From assembly GCA_047967505.1 (NCBI GenBank), contig CM106538.1: a stretch of 64,000 nucleotides of DNA. One strand, 5' to 3'. The position numbers were made by a program, and so were the translations under genes. How positions within the stretch are numbered: the first letter of the stretch is position 1; each line of letters begins with the position of its first letter. Under the pieces are notes generated by a model. The model saw nothing but the letters and a program-made list of their open reading frames with translations. It did no database searches and was not told the DNA's origin. Of the stretch, positions 25,061 to 37,100 are shown piece after piece. The stretch is from Dipteris shenzhenensis. Its lineage: Eukaryota.

Positions 25061-28000
25061 ATGTCGACTAGCAACCTCAATCTGGAGGCATCTGCTAAGT
25101 TAGACAACTCCAATTACGGTACATGGAAATACCAAATGGAGACCATTCTTGTGCTTCAGGACAAATGGGAGTATGTCGATGGATCCATACCTAGACCATT
25201 GGCCGATCCAGCCACCAGTAGCTCTACTCCATCTGTTGTCACAGCACCAGCAACGGGATCTACATCGGGATCTACATCTACACAAACAGTTTCCGCACCA
25301 GTAGCAGATCCTGCCATTGCCCGAGCTCAAGCAGAATGGGATAAGAAAGAAAAGTATGCCTATCACCTGATCAAGCAGAATGTGCAAGATGTCATGCTAG
25401 GACAGCTCAACACAGTCAAGACATCAAAAGAAGCATGGGATATGTTCGCAGCTCTCTACGAGTCCAAGAACACATCCAGGATTCTCACCCTGAGAAACCA
25501 GATCAACCAGAGTTTCCGCAACAGCGATGAAACCGGTCATGCTTATGTACTCCGCATCAAAGACTACAACAATCAACTTGCAGCAGTAAGAGAGACTATG
25601 AATCCTGCAGAAATGGTTCAAGTAATCCTGAATGGACTAGAAGAAGGATATGAGAATCTAGTCCAGAGTATTGCCATCCACAATGGCAAATTCCAACACT
25701 GGAAGAACTTCAGTCAGTTCTACTTGGTGAAGAACTCAGGACTCAGGCCATTCAAGCACGTAAAGGTCATTCTAATGATCAGGCATTCACAGCTTCAGAC
25801 AGAAGCAGAGGCAAAGGCAGAAACAGAGGTAGATCATATCAGAAAAGTGGTCATCATCATCAACAAAATCAAAGTCAGAATCAGCATCAGCATCAGCAGC
25901 ATCCTCAGCAACATCAAAATCAGCAAAGAGGAAATCATTCCAACCGAGGAAGATTCCAAGGACGAGGGAATGCATCCACCAATGTGTCAAACATTCAATG
26001 CAACTATTGTCACAAGTTTGGACACTATGAAAGAGATTGCCGCAAGAAGCAGTATGACCAAGGCGGTCAATCCAGCAATAATCGAGCAATAATCGAGGGA
26101 ATTCCTGAGGAAGAGGAAATCATCGTGGTGGACATTCTAGTCACAGTCATTTTGCAAATGAACATGGAAATATGTTTCTTGCAAGTGAGGAATTGCATCA
26201 GACTGATACAATGCACCTAGACACTGATTTCAATCCCAAAGAGGATTTCACTTATCAAGTCGACCAAGTGGAATAGGATCCTTGGTACATCGACAGCGGT
26301 GCATCATCTCATATGACAAATCATCAGGAATGGTTCACAGAAATGAAGCCATTAGAAGGTCAAAAGAATGTCATCTACACAGTAGACAATACACCGAATC
26401 CGGTTTAAGGGACAGGTGTTATCCCTATGAACAATTTCACTAGTACAAAAGGATTAGTCAAAGATGTGCTCTATGTTCTGAAGCTCAGCAAGAACCTTTT
26501 GTCAGTAGGTCAAATGACGGAACACAACTACAAAGTCATCTTCAATGGTGATGAATGCACTATCAGAGACAAATCCAAAAGAGGTCAGCTAGTAGCAAAA
26601 GGTGTCAAGGAAGGACGCTTATACAGGATGCTAGCTACAGTACTAGATAAGTATGCCATGTCAGCTCAAATGCAACAGATGCCACTATCTGCAAAATGGC
26701 ACAAGAGATATGGTCATGTCAACTTCAAGTACTTGTTGGATCTCCGGAATCAAAATATGGCAATTGGGATTCCGAAGCTACAATTTCTTGGAAAGGTTTG
26801 TGAAGCATGCTGCTTCGGCAAACAAAAGCGAACCAACTTTGTCAGAAGTACCTCTCGTGCACGAGGTATTCTTGATTTGATTCATACAGATGTATGGGGT
26901 TATGCCCAGACCCGCAGCATCAATGGTTCACTTTATTACTTGACCTTCATCGACGACTACAGCAGATATTGTTGGGTCTACTTTCTGAAAGAGAAATCTG
27001 AAGTGTTTGCCAGATTTCAAGAATTCAAAGCCATGGTAGAAAACCAAACAGGCAGAAAGATCAAGGTCATGAGATCAGACAGAGGAGGTGAATACATGTC
27101 TTCAGCCTTCATCAACTTTTGCAAAACTCACGGTATTCGAAGACAATTCACATGTGCAGATACTCCTCAGCAAAATGCAATAGCTGAAAGGAAGAATGGG
27201 ACTTTAGCAGACAGTGCTAGAGCAATGCTTAGTGAAAAGCATCTTCCGAATCAGTATTGGGCAGAAGCAATAGCTACAGCTAACTACTTGCTTAATCGGC
27301 TTCCTACCAAACCGATACAAGGTATGACTCCTTATGAAGCATTCACTAGACACAAGCCACGCATTGGGCATCTCTGCATATTTGGTTGCATAGCATATGC
27401 CCACATACATGATGATCATCGCAAGAAATTGGATGCGAAGTCACGCAAATGCATCATGGTTGGCTACAGTGAAGAAAGTAAAGCATACAAATTGTATGAT
27501 CCCATCAACCGCAAAGTCATTATCTCCAGAGATGTAATCTTCGATGAGGAATCAGAATGGAAAACCTCACCTACACAGGAGATAGAAGCATCGACTTCAC
27601 AGTCATCTACAGCACAGGTTGACGAACAAGAGCAAGAATTGCCAGCAACACCCCAATCAGTGCCACAGCAGCTCAGACGGTCTACTAGCGAAAGCAGACC
27701 ACCAGCAAGATTGACATATGCTCAGAAAGGCAAAGCAATTTAGGTGGAAACTACCAACTATGCTCTTATGACTACCATCATGGCTACAGAAGAGCCAGTG
27801 TACTTCGAAGACGCAGTAGATAAGCCAGAATGGCAAACTGCTATGAATGAAGAAATGGATGCTTTGTATAAAAATAACACTTGGGAATTATGCGACCTTC
27901 CACCAGGAAAGAAGGCCATAGCCAACAAATGGGTATACAAAGTGAAGTACAATCTAGATGGCAGTATTCAGAGATATAAAGCCAGATTAGTTGCAAAAGG

Positions 28001-29300
28001 ATTTGCACAACAATATGGTCAAGATTATGATGAGACTTATGATCCAGTAGCAAAGATGGATTCCATACGGTTCTTGATATCACTAGCGACACTCAGTAAA
28101 TGGAATGTGTATCAGCTCGATGTCAAGAATGCATTTCTCAATGGTTATCTAGACGAAGAAGTCTACATGCAACAACCAGCCGGTTATGTTGAACCAGGAA
28201 AGGAGAACCAGGTTTGCCATCTCAAGAAAAGTCTCTACGGCTTAAAGCAAGCACCCAGAAGTTGGTACAGCAGAATTGACAAATATTTTGCTGATCTGGG
28301 ATACATGAAGTCCAATGCAGATCATACTCTCTACTACAAAGTTCAAGGGGAAGATATTACTATTGCACTTTTGTACGTAGATGATCTGATTGTGACAGGA
28401 AGCAAGGATAGCTTCATTAGAAAGCTAAAACAAGACTTATCTGCAGAGTTCGACATGAAAGATCTTGGACTTATGCACTATTGTCTTGGAATTGAGTTCT
28501 GGAGAGATTCAGATAGCACATTCATGAGTCAGCTCAAGTATGTTGACAGTCTCCTGAAGAAGTTTCATATGGCAGATTGCAAGATTGCAGCCACTCCCAT
28601 GGAACAGAGTTTGAAACTTACTAAAGATTCAGAAAAGCCTACAATCAATGACAAATACTACAGGCAACTCATTGGATCTCTTATATATCTGACAATCACA
28701 CGGCCAGCAGTAAGCTCACTAGCACAGTTTATGGCAAATCCAAAACAGTCTCACTGGAATGCAGCCAAAAGAGTCTTGAGATACATCAGCGGTACAAGAC
28801 AATTTGGGATAGAATACAGAGGAAGTCATCCACGGTTGCATGGATACTGTGATAGTGACTATGCTGGAGATCATGAGACCAGGAGATCGACATAGGGATA
28901 TGCATTTTTCCTTGGTCAAGGTGCTATATCATGGTTGTCAAACAAACAGCCAACTGTTTCTTTGTCTTCGACTGAAGCAGAATATAGAGCACTCACTACA
29001 GGTGCATGTGAGGCTATATGGCTCAGAAGACTATTGTCAGAAACAGATTACTTTGATGAGTCAAAGCCAACAACAATATACTGTGATAATCAATCGGCTC
29101 AAGCATTGGCCAAAAATCGAGTATATCACTCCAGGACAAAGCACATTGATGTCAGAGAGCACTTCATCAGAGAAAGAGTGTTACTTGGTGACATCACACT
29201 GCAGCATTGTGATAGCAAAGAAAATGTTGCAGACATCTTTACCAAACCACTCGGTAAAGAGCTATTCGAGAAACACCGACTAGCTCTTGGTTTGATATAG
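25061..29300 (+). pseudogene. C1 gag-pol, disrupted
   Basis: gag KLDNSNYGTWK; zinc knuckle CNYCHKFGHYERDC; PR WYIDSGASSHMT; INT HTDVWG and RSDRGGEY; RT LYVDDL; RNaseH IYCDNQSA and ADIFTK. There is a frameshift near 25680 and in-frame stops near 26275, 26406, 27741 and 28893. Confidence 0.95.
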
Positions 29301-29418
29301 AGAAAGGACATTCCCATTAAAGGGGTGTGATGGAATGTAATGCTCAGTCCTTCTTCAATTCCCCAGAATCATCATCTTGAGGGAAGGCCTACTTCATGAT
29401 GTTGATCTTGAGGGAAGG

Positions 29419-29676
29419 TTTTGAGAGTTCACGCTCAACATCATGTGATCATGTGTGCATAGCACCATCACGTGATCATATGTGCATAGCACTAACCTTA
29501 TAGAGTGCTATAAAGGAAAGGGTTAGATCCCCTAACCCTAACCCTAAAAGGGTTTGTATATATTCTATTTTTTCAACTAATTCTAGTGTACAGTTAGTCA
29601 TTTTGTGGTGTGCTCTCTAGCTGTGCCCTCTCTCCTCATCTCCACTCTTCTCCTCTCCCCTCTTCATATTTTGTCA
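29419..29676 (+). repeat. 3' LTR of C1
   Basis: Follows the PPT and is followed by TSD ACCCT. Confidence 0.97.
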
Positions 29677-30289
29677 ACCCTCGGCTTGGGTCTTGCCCCC
29701 AAAAGTCTCTCATCCATGGATCTTCATCATCCATGCATTCCCATTGAGGGTGCCTTGTGAAGGAGGAAGGTTCTAGGTCCACAAATGTGGTTTTAGTCCC
29801 TGTCTATGTTTTGGGAGCTAGATGTTGTTGACCTTCCCTTCCCATAGACATGCCACGAAGGGGTTCTCCATGTCTGCCGACTCTATTCGGCCCAAATGTC
29901 TGAACATGTTGGAGAATATACCTCTTAACTTGGATGCTACTGAAGGAGTAGGAGAGTTGGGAGAGGCCAGACTAGTGAAGGGGGCTTCGAAAGCCCTTGG
30001 ACCCGAGGGGTCTTGAATTACCTCATCCAAGCACTTTGTCTCGTCGAAGCTAGATGGATCCTCATGTCGGGTTCCTATTACAGAGTGGGAGCTAGGAATC
30101 AAGATTCTAGATCAATCTGATCCCCAGCTAGGGTGAAAGGTGGGCTGAGCATAGCTCGAAGCACTGTCTTTAGGCGAGGGTTCCTTGGACAAAATTTTCC
30201 TAGACAGGAAGTGCATGTATGAGACCTCTAGCTAGGCACACCTAGGCTGAACTACAGTTATGTAATTTTTTTCTTTTGGACTTCCCCAG

Positions 30290-30950
30290 ATCTATTCCCA
30301 CGGTCATAGGGATAGCTCTATGGTGATGGTCGTAGGGATAAAGTAACATGCCGGTCTTAGTAGGACACTAGTATAGCAACAGGCAGTGGGAGAGTGCCTA
30401 ACGCATTGGTCGATGGGATAGGTAGTGACACGTGTTTAGTGGGATAGGACACAAGTGGTATCCCCACACAAACATAGGGATGAGCTTAAGACAATGGTTG
30501 GAGGGATAATGGGGTCAATGGGATAATGCCTATTGCATTGGTCGACGGAATAATTATAGCAACGGGTGTGGGGATAGCAAGATGGCAATGGTCATAGGGA
30601 TGAGCTTACCGCATCGTTCGGTGAAATATATGGATCAGTAGGATACGAATATGGTGTTAGACGTGGGGATAAATTAAGGCACCAATTGGTGAGATAATGC
30701 TATAGCAACGGTCGTGGGGATAAATGCTATGGCCATGAGTCAACGACTGTCAGACCGGCAGGATAATTAACTCTGACACACATTTAAATAGGGTGATGGG
30801 TTAGACCATGGTCAAAAGCTAGGTCGGGGGGATAGTGCTATGGCAACGGGTCAACAAAGTTTGATTGACGAGATACAGCTATGGTGGCGATGGTCGACGG
30901 GATAGCGCTAAGTCATTGGCCCGTGGGGATAGAAAAGCGCTATGTCACCG
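30290..30950. repeat. Degenerate repeats centred on ggtcg..gggata(g), in an older host element split by C1
   Basis: gggata occurs many times with similar ggtc/atgg context. Host sequence 21798-22362 continues at 29682 across the TSD. Confidence 0.6.
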
Positions 30951-31467
30951 ACTGGTTTTAGATCATTTTTGAAGGATTTTGAGTTTCTGTTCAGGTTTTT
31001 TAGTGCTACGGGGATGCTATAGTACTTGTTCTACCTACTCAATGAAGAAAACTTGAAAGACAAACAACTTTTGAATGCCAAAAAGCAAGATTTCTTGAGG
31101 GGTGAGTGTTACCACACAAAACAACTTCAAAATTCAGCATGATTCATCATTCTTGGTTGTTTTTTGTGAGTTTTGACATCATACACTCCTTAGAAATCTT
31201 TCAAAACTATCTTCCTACCAACTCAAAACACTAAAAAACATAAAAAACAAGCTTCAAATGATAAAAAAGACTCTCCAACAGAAAATGATAATTTTCCTCA
31301 CTTTTTCATCCAGACTCACACTTCTTCACTCTTTCTTCTCCTACAACTCCACTAACAAGCTCCAAGTTAAGCTTGAAGCCTTGTGCAATGGGTAGATTAT
31401 GAAAGAAAGCAAGTGCAATACAAAAGCATACCTCCATTCCCCGGTAGTGATGCTAAAAATGTGTGAT

Positions 31468-31714
31468 CTCGGGGGGGTCACTCATCATATGTAACCCTAT
31501 CATGTGAGTTCAACAGAAGGGTTTTTTTTATTTCTAAAATTTACAGAAATTAATATACATAAGGGACTATTTAAAATAGTTTTGGTAAAAATTTACAGAT
31601 TTGTATAGAAAAGGGGTACATTTTATTAATGAAATTTTTTACAGATAAGGGACTTTAAATATAGGCCTTGAACGCACGTGATATAGAGGGTTTATACATA
31701 GTGACCCCCCCGAG
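31468..31714. mobile_element. MITE, 247 bp, 8-bp TSD TGTGTGAT
   Basis: Perfect 15-bp TIR CTCGGGGGGGTCACT (31468-31482) / AGTGACCCCCCCGAG (31700-31714), imperfectly extended to ~45 bp; TGTGTGAT at 31460-31467 and 31715-31722; AT-rich non-coding interior. Confidence 0.88.
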
Positions 31715-34138
31715 TGTGTGATCTCAATGGTGACTCATGTTTCATGCGGATGTTGAAGAGATGCCGATGGAGTCTCCACTCCAAGTTACTCCTTGTGAGA
31801 GAAATGCAAGGCATGAGCCATCTGCATGTGTCACTCAAGCGGCTTCCGGATTGTCGCAATGTGTTTCCATGAGAGAAAGGGGGAAAGGGCAGAACGAAGA
31901 AGAGAGGAGAGAAGGGAGGGAGCAGGATAAGGGAAGAGGAGAGTGAATGGGGATGGAGTAGCAACACAAAGGCACTACAAAGGAAACAAGAGAACACCCA
32001 AAGATACTCTTGGAAGAGAAGAGGGAGCTTGTATTCCAAACTTGTGCATACAACAATGAAGACCAAAGTCAATCATTTGCCCTTTTATACAAGTCACCTT
32101 TTGAAGGGAGGGCCAACCCTTTTCCTTTTAGCACTCTCCCTTTCTTTACATTAAAAGGCTCTTGGGCCCGTAGGGTGCCAGGGCATATTGCTATCCTTTC
32201 CATCTCTCCCTTCTAGTGAAAATATCACTTGTGTTAACCATATAGGAGCGCTTGGGACAAGCATGGCGTTAGGAGGTGCTCCTAATCGGCTCTCAAATAA
32301 CGCTTGCATTAGCCTCGCGCCTCCAAGACTTAAGCTATTTGGGGCTCAAACCCCTTGTACGAGGCTCAAAACTTGGAGTAGCGAGGCCGATCTTCGGCTA
32401 CTTGTGGCTTGACTCCCGTGAGGCACTTAACCACACTTTGCAGGTGGAACTTGCAATCTATGACCGTTGCCTGCAATCTTTGACCTTAAGGTATTTGGGG
32501 CTCAAACTCCCTAAGCTTGTACTATACTCCTTCCATGGTTGCAACTGTTGAAGTAAATCATGAAGCCTAATCACTTCTAATCACTAATTACTTTGCATTT
32601 GGCGACGACTATACTCCGTGGATGTTAACAGAGAAATATCACATGCATCAAACTCAACTTATTTGAGTATGAAGATGCTTTTGGTGGCTAGTGTCTAGTT
32701 CTCTTAAGGCCCAAATGTGGCGTTTTACAAAATTGTTACATGTATGCACTCTTTAGTGGCCATGGAGACTCAAACTTGAGTTTGATTTTGGGATACCTGT
32801 ACAAACCTCAAACTCAAGTTTTTAACAAGCATTAGATGGCAATGTGTTGTTTTTTTCATATATTACTCTTGTGTGGCTGCTAGCTATTTGAAAATTGTTA
32901 CAATACTATGTGCTAGCCATTGGAGAAATATTACACTATTTTAAAACTATAATAATGCAAGGAACACATGTAACTACAAGGGTTTATGCCATCTGCGCAA
33001 AACCATCTCTACACATTGAATGCTAACAATAAATTAGGCTATCTTACTATGTGGTTTCCTATTCACAAATACTCTGCATACATCAAACATATTAGAGCGT
33101 ACTTCTTTTGCGTTTCTACTCTACCAAAATGGAAATGAATCTTCTACTAATATTCTCACACTCAATGTTAAAGTATATGGATCATTGGGCTGGTCATCAT
33201 CTATGTACATATGGTGTCACATATGTTTATGTGTTGTTGTATACATGGATAGATGAATAGGAGGATAGAGGACTATCGAAGGGATCCTAAGTCCCCCTAT
33301 GTAAATAGTCCATAAGATAGTGCACATATTAGAGTTTAGTATATATTGTATCATCTTCATCTTGTTGGTATGATGGAGAGTGTACATTTTGTACTTTAGC
33401 CAAATTGCATGTATTCCCTCTCATCCTCTTTGCTATGTGCATTGAGTCTTAGATTGTGTGTCCTCTTTCTAAGGTAAGTATGCAAAGGTCTCAAAATCTC
33501 CATTTCCCTTCCAAGGAAATTTCTTATGGGTCACCAAAGGCCAAAATTTACTCATCTTTGGCATAAAATGGCACCAAATTTTGGTGGAGGATAACTTTTT
33601 GCTCAAAACTCCAAATTCAAGCTAGAGCAAAGAGCACATATCCCTCTTCATTGTGCACTAATCAATTGGTAATTTTGGTTATTTGGTGGGTTGTTAAATT
33701 AAGAATGTAACTATCAATGTGCACAAGTGCTTGAGTTTTAGCCAAACAAGGTATATTGGAGCAATTCGGAATGTTGGATGACATACCTTTGAGTATGCCT
33801 GTTGAGGCCAGGCACAACATGCTAAAGTTGTGGGGTGCAAAATTTTTAAATTTACACTTTAGCAACAAGTGGTTGATGAGCTCATCTACTTGATTGCATT
33901 AATGTGGTCTGATACTTGCTATGTAGTAGGATTATTGTGCTAGCTTATGGCAAATCCATGTGTCCATTAGAATGGAATGAAGAGGATTTTCAAATACCTT
34001 AGTGCAATATCCAATCATAGGCTACCATATTTGAAAGAGAGACCACATGTAGAACCATAACTTGAGGGGTTCTGTGATGTAGATTGGAGAGAAGTCCCCC
34101 ATGCAATTCTATTTTGGGATACACCTTTATGATGAATG

Positions 34139-37100
34139 TGTGAAGATAGTGGGAGAGAGGGAAGGAGTCTCACTTGCGGCTTTCTCACATGAACAATTGG
34201 GGGAATACACACAAAGGTGGAGGCTGAAAAAAGTTTTCCTCTTCTTAGTTGTGAAAGCCAAAAGAACTCTAGTACAAAGAAAATAGAAGAACCCTATATG
34301 TGGGTCTCAAACCAAACTCAACTAACTAAGGTGGCATACTAATTGATCCACAAACTAGAGTAGATAAGGATAGTTGTCATCCAACTATTATTCGTGGGTG
34401 GTGTACCAACCGCATCTCCAGCTAACAAGTCGGTGACATAAATGCACAACAGTCACCCTGGCATATCGCGAGTGGAGCTCGATATCTCAACACTCCCCCT
34501 CGAGCTCAATCCCAATTCCTGCACACCAAGCAGGTCTTTGAACTTGCGCAGCTTCTCTGTGCCCAATGCTTTCGTGAATATGTCAGCTACCTGATCCTCT
34601 GTGCTGACATAAACTAGATCAATAAGACCTAGTAAAACCTTCTCCCGCACATAGTGATAATGCACCTCAATGTGCTTTGTTCTGGCATGAAAGACTGGGT
34701 TCTTTGCCAAATGTATACTACTCATGTTGTCACAATAAATGACAACTGGCCCATCTGTAGACTGATGCATATCATAGAGTAGCTTATGCAACCAAGCTAC
34801 CTCACATGCAGCCATTGTTGCACCTCTGTACTCAGCCTCTGTGCTCGACAAGGCAACTGTAGGCTGTTTCTTGCTACTCCAAGTGACTGCAGCACTCCCA
34901 AAAGAGAACACATATCCACTAGTAGATCGCCTATCAGAAATACTACCAGCCCAATCAGCATCAGTGTATCCATGCAATTGTATCTGAACCCCAGCCTCAT
35001 AAAATAGTCCATACTGCAATGTCGACTTCACATACCTGAGTATGCGTCTAGCCGCATCCAAATGCGGTTTCCTTGGAGCCTGCATAAACTGACTTACCAA
35101 CCCAATAGCATAGCTCAAATCTGGCCTGGTAATAGTCATGTAAATCAAACTTCCTACTATGCGTCTGTACATAGTAGGGTCTTCCAGAAGCTCACCTGCA
35201 TCTGCGCTCAGCTTCACATTCTGCTCCAAAGGAACTGAAATAGGCTTACAGCTTGTCATCCCATATTTGGACAGCATGTCCAGTCCATACTGCCTCTGCA
35301 AGAGCTGTATCCCACTTGGTGATCTAATCACCTCAATGCCCAAGAAATAACACAGCTCTCCCAAATCCTTCATCTCAAACTTCTGCCTCAATAGCATTTT
35401 CACATGAAGGATATCTTCATCACTATCACCTGTGATGATCAAATCATCAACATAAATGACCAGTAGCATAATCCCTTTCTCTGTTTTTCTCACATAGAGT
35501 GAGAAACCTGCCTTGGAAATCTGAAAGCCAATAGTGACAAGAAACTGTCCTATCTTGTCAGACCATGCTCTAGGTGCTTGCTTCAAGCCATACAAGGCTT
35601 TCTTCAACCTGCAAACAAACTCAGGATGAGTAGCATGAACATAACCTGCTGGTTGCTCCATAAAGACCTCTTCTTGCAAATCACCATGCAAGAAGGCATT
35701 CTTTACATCCATCTGATGTAAAGACCATCCCTTTGATGCAGCCATAGCAATGGCTGCTCTTACGGTTGCCATCCTTGCAACCGGGCTGAAAGTTTCTTCA
35801 TAATCAATGCCATATGTCTGTGCATACCCCTTGACAACTAATCTTGCCTTGTATCTATTCACAGAACCATCTGCATTGTGCTTGATCTTATAAACCCACT
35901 TACAGCCAATTGCATTCTTGTCTTTAGGCAAAGGCACCAATTCCCATGTAGCATTTGCATCCAAGGCATCCATTTCTTCATCCATGGCTTTCTCCCATTT
36001 TTCATTTCCCATGGCTTGCTCAAAAGAAGTGGGTTCTGGTTCCTATATCACTTTGACCATATAGGCATAGTGAATGGCTGTAAATCCATCATATTTCAGC
36101 CTATCCACAGGATACCTAACCCTGGTAGACCTGCGCAAAATAGGCTCACTTCCAGGTGCTCTCAAAACATCCCTGGTCTTCCTTACTCCAGGTGTAACAA
36201 CAGAAGGAATACCCAACTCATCATCAATGCTCTGTTCTGAGCCACTGGATTCACCATCCACACAAGAGTGACCTGCATTCACATCAAACATGGGCTGATC
36301 TACCTTCTCTTTTCCTTTTCGTGATACCTACGTACCACTCTCTACATTGCTTTGAGGGGATTCTCCTGATCTCAATCTGCCTATCCATGGCGAAGTATGT
36401 GAACCACTGGTAGAGGACACTCCAGGTCCACTGATATTTTGTGATTGCTGCTGTGCATTCTGTGTAGCATTACCATTTTGTGCATCTACATCAATCATCA
36501 CATTTACTGGTTTATACCAGCTGCTCATCTCATCAAAAACAACATCTCTGCTCACTGTGAGCTTACGTGTAGAAGGGTTATAGCATCTATGCCCTTTCTG
36601 CTATAGAGAATAACCAATAAAGACGCACTTCTCAGCTTTTGGTTCCAACTTGGACCTCAACTCATCTGGCACATGGACATAGGCAATGCAACCAAAAATC
36701 TTCAAATGAGAAATATCTGGTTTCCTACCAGTATACATCTCCTCTGGCGTCATGCCATGTATTGCTACAGTGGGAGTCCTGTTCATTATATAGACTGCTG
36801 TAGCAACTGCTTCAGCCCAATAATAATCTGGTAGATCTTTTTCATTTAGCATAGCCCGAGATACCTCTCCAATATGCCTGTTTTTTCTTTCTACAATTCC
36901 ATTTTGCTGTGGGGTATGACTGCATGAATATTGCTTCTTTATACCATGCTCCTGCAAGAACCTTGCAAACTCATTTGAGAGGTACTCTCCCCCTCCATCT
37001 GACCTTAGGCATTTTATTTGCAGGCCTGTTTCTTTTTCAACCATAGCTTTGAAGTGCCCAAACACTTCACTTTTCTTTTTCATAAAATACACCCACAGTT

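Larger units (their letters stand above)
22363..29676 (+). mobile_element. Full-length Ty1/copia element (C1), coding-defective, TSD ACCCT
   Basis: 258-bp LTRs at 22363-22620 and 29419-29676; PBS TGGTATCAGAGC at 22621; PPT GAGGGAAGG at 29410-29418; ACCCT at 22358-22362 and 29677-29681; gag-PR-INT-RT-RNaseH order. Confidence 0.98.

Noticed and set aside
25670-25700. Programmed frameshift in C1 gag
   Set aside because: The sister copy (~42460) is in frame here; C1 has a private 2-bp CA insertion.
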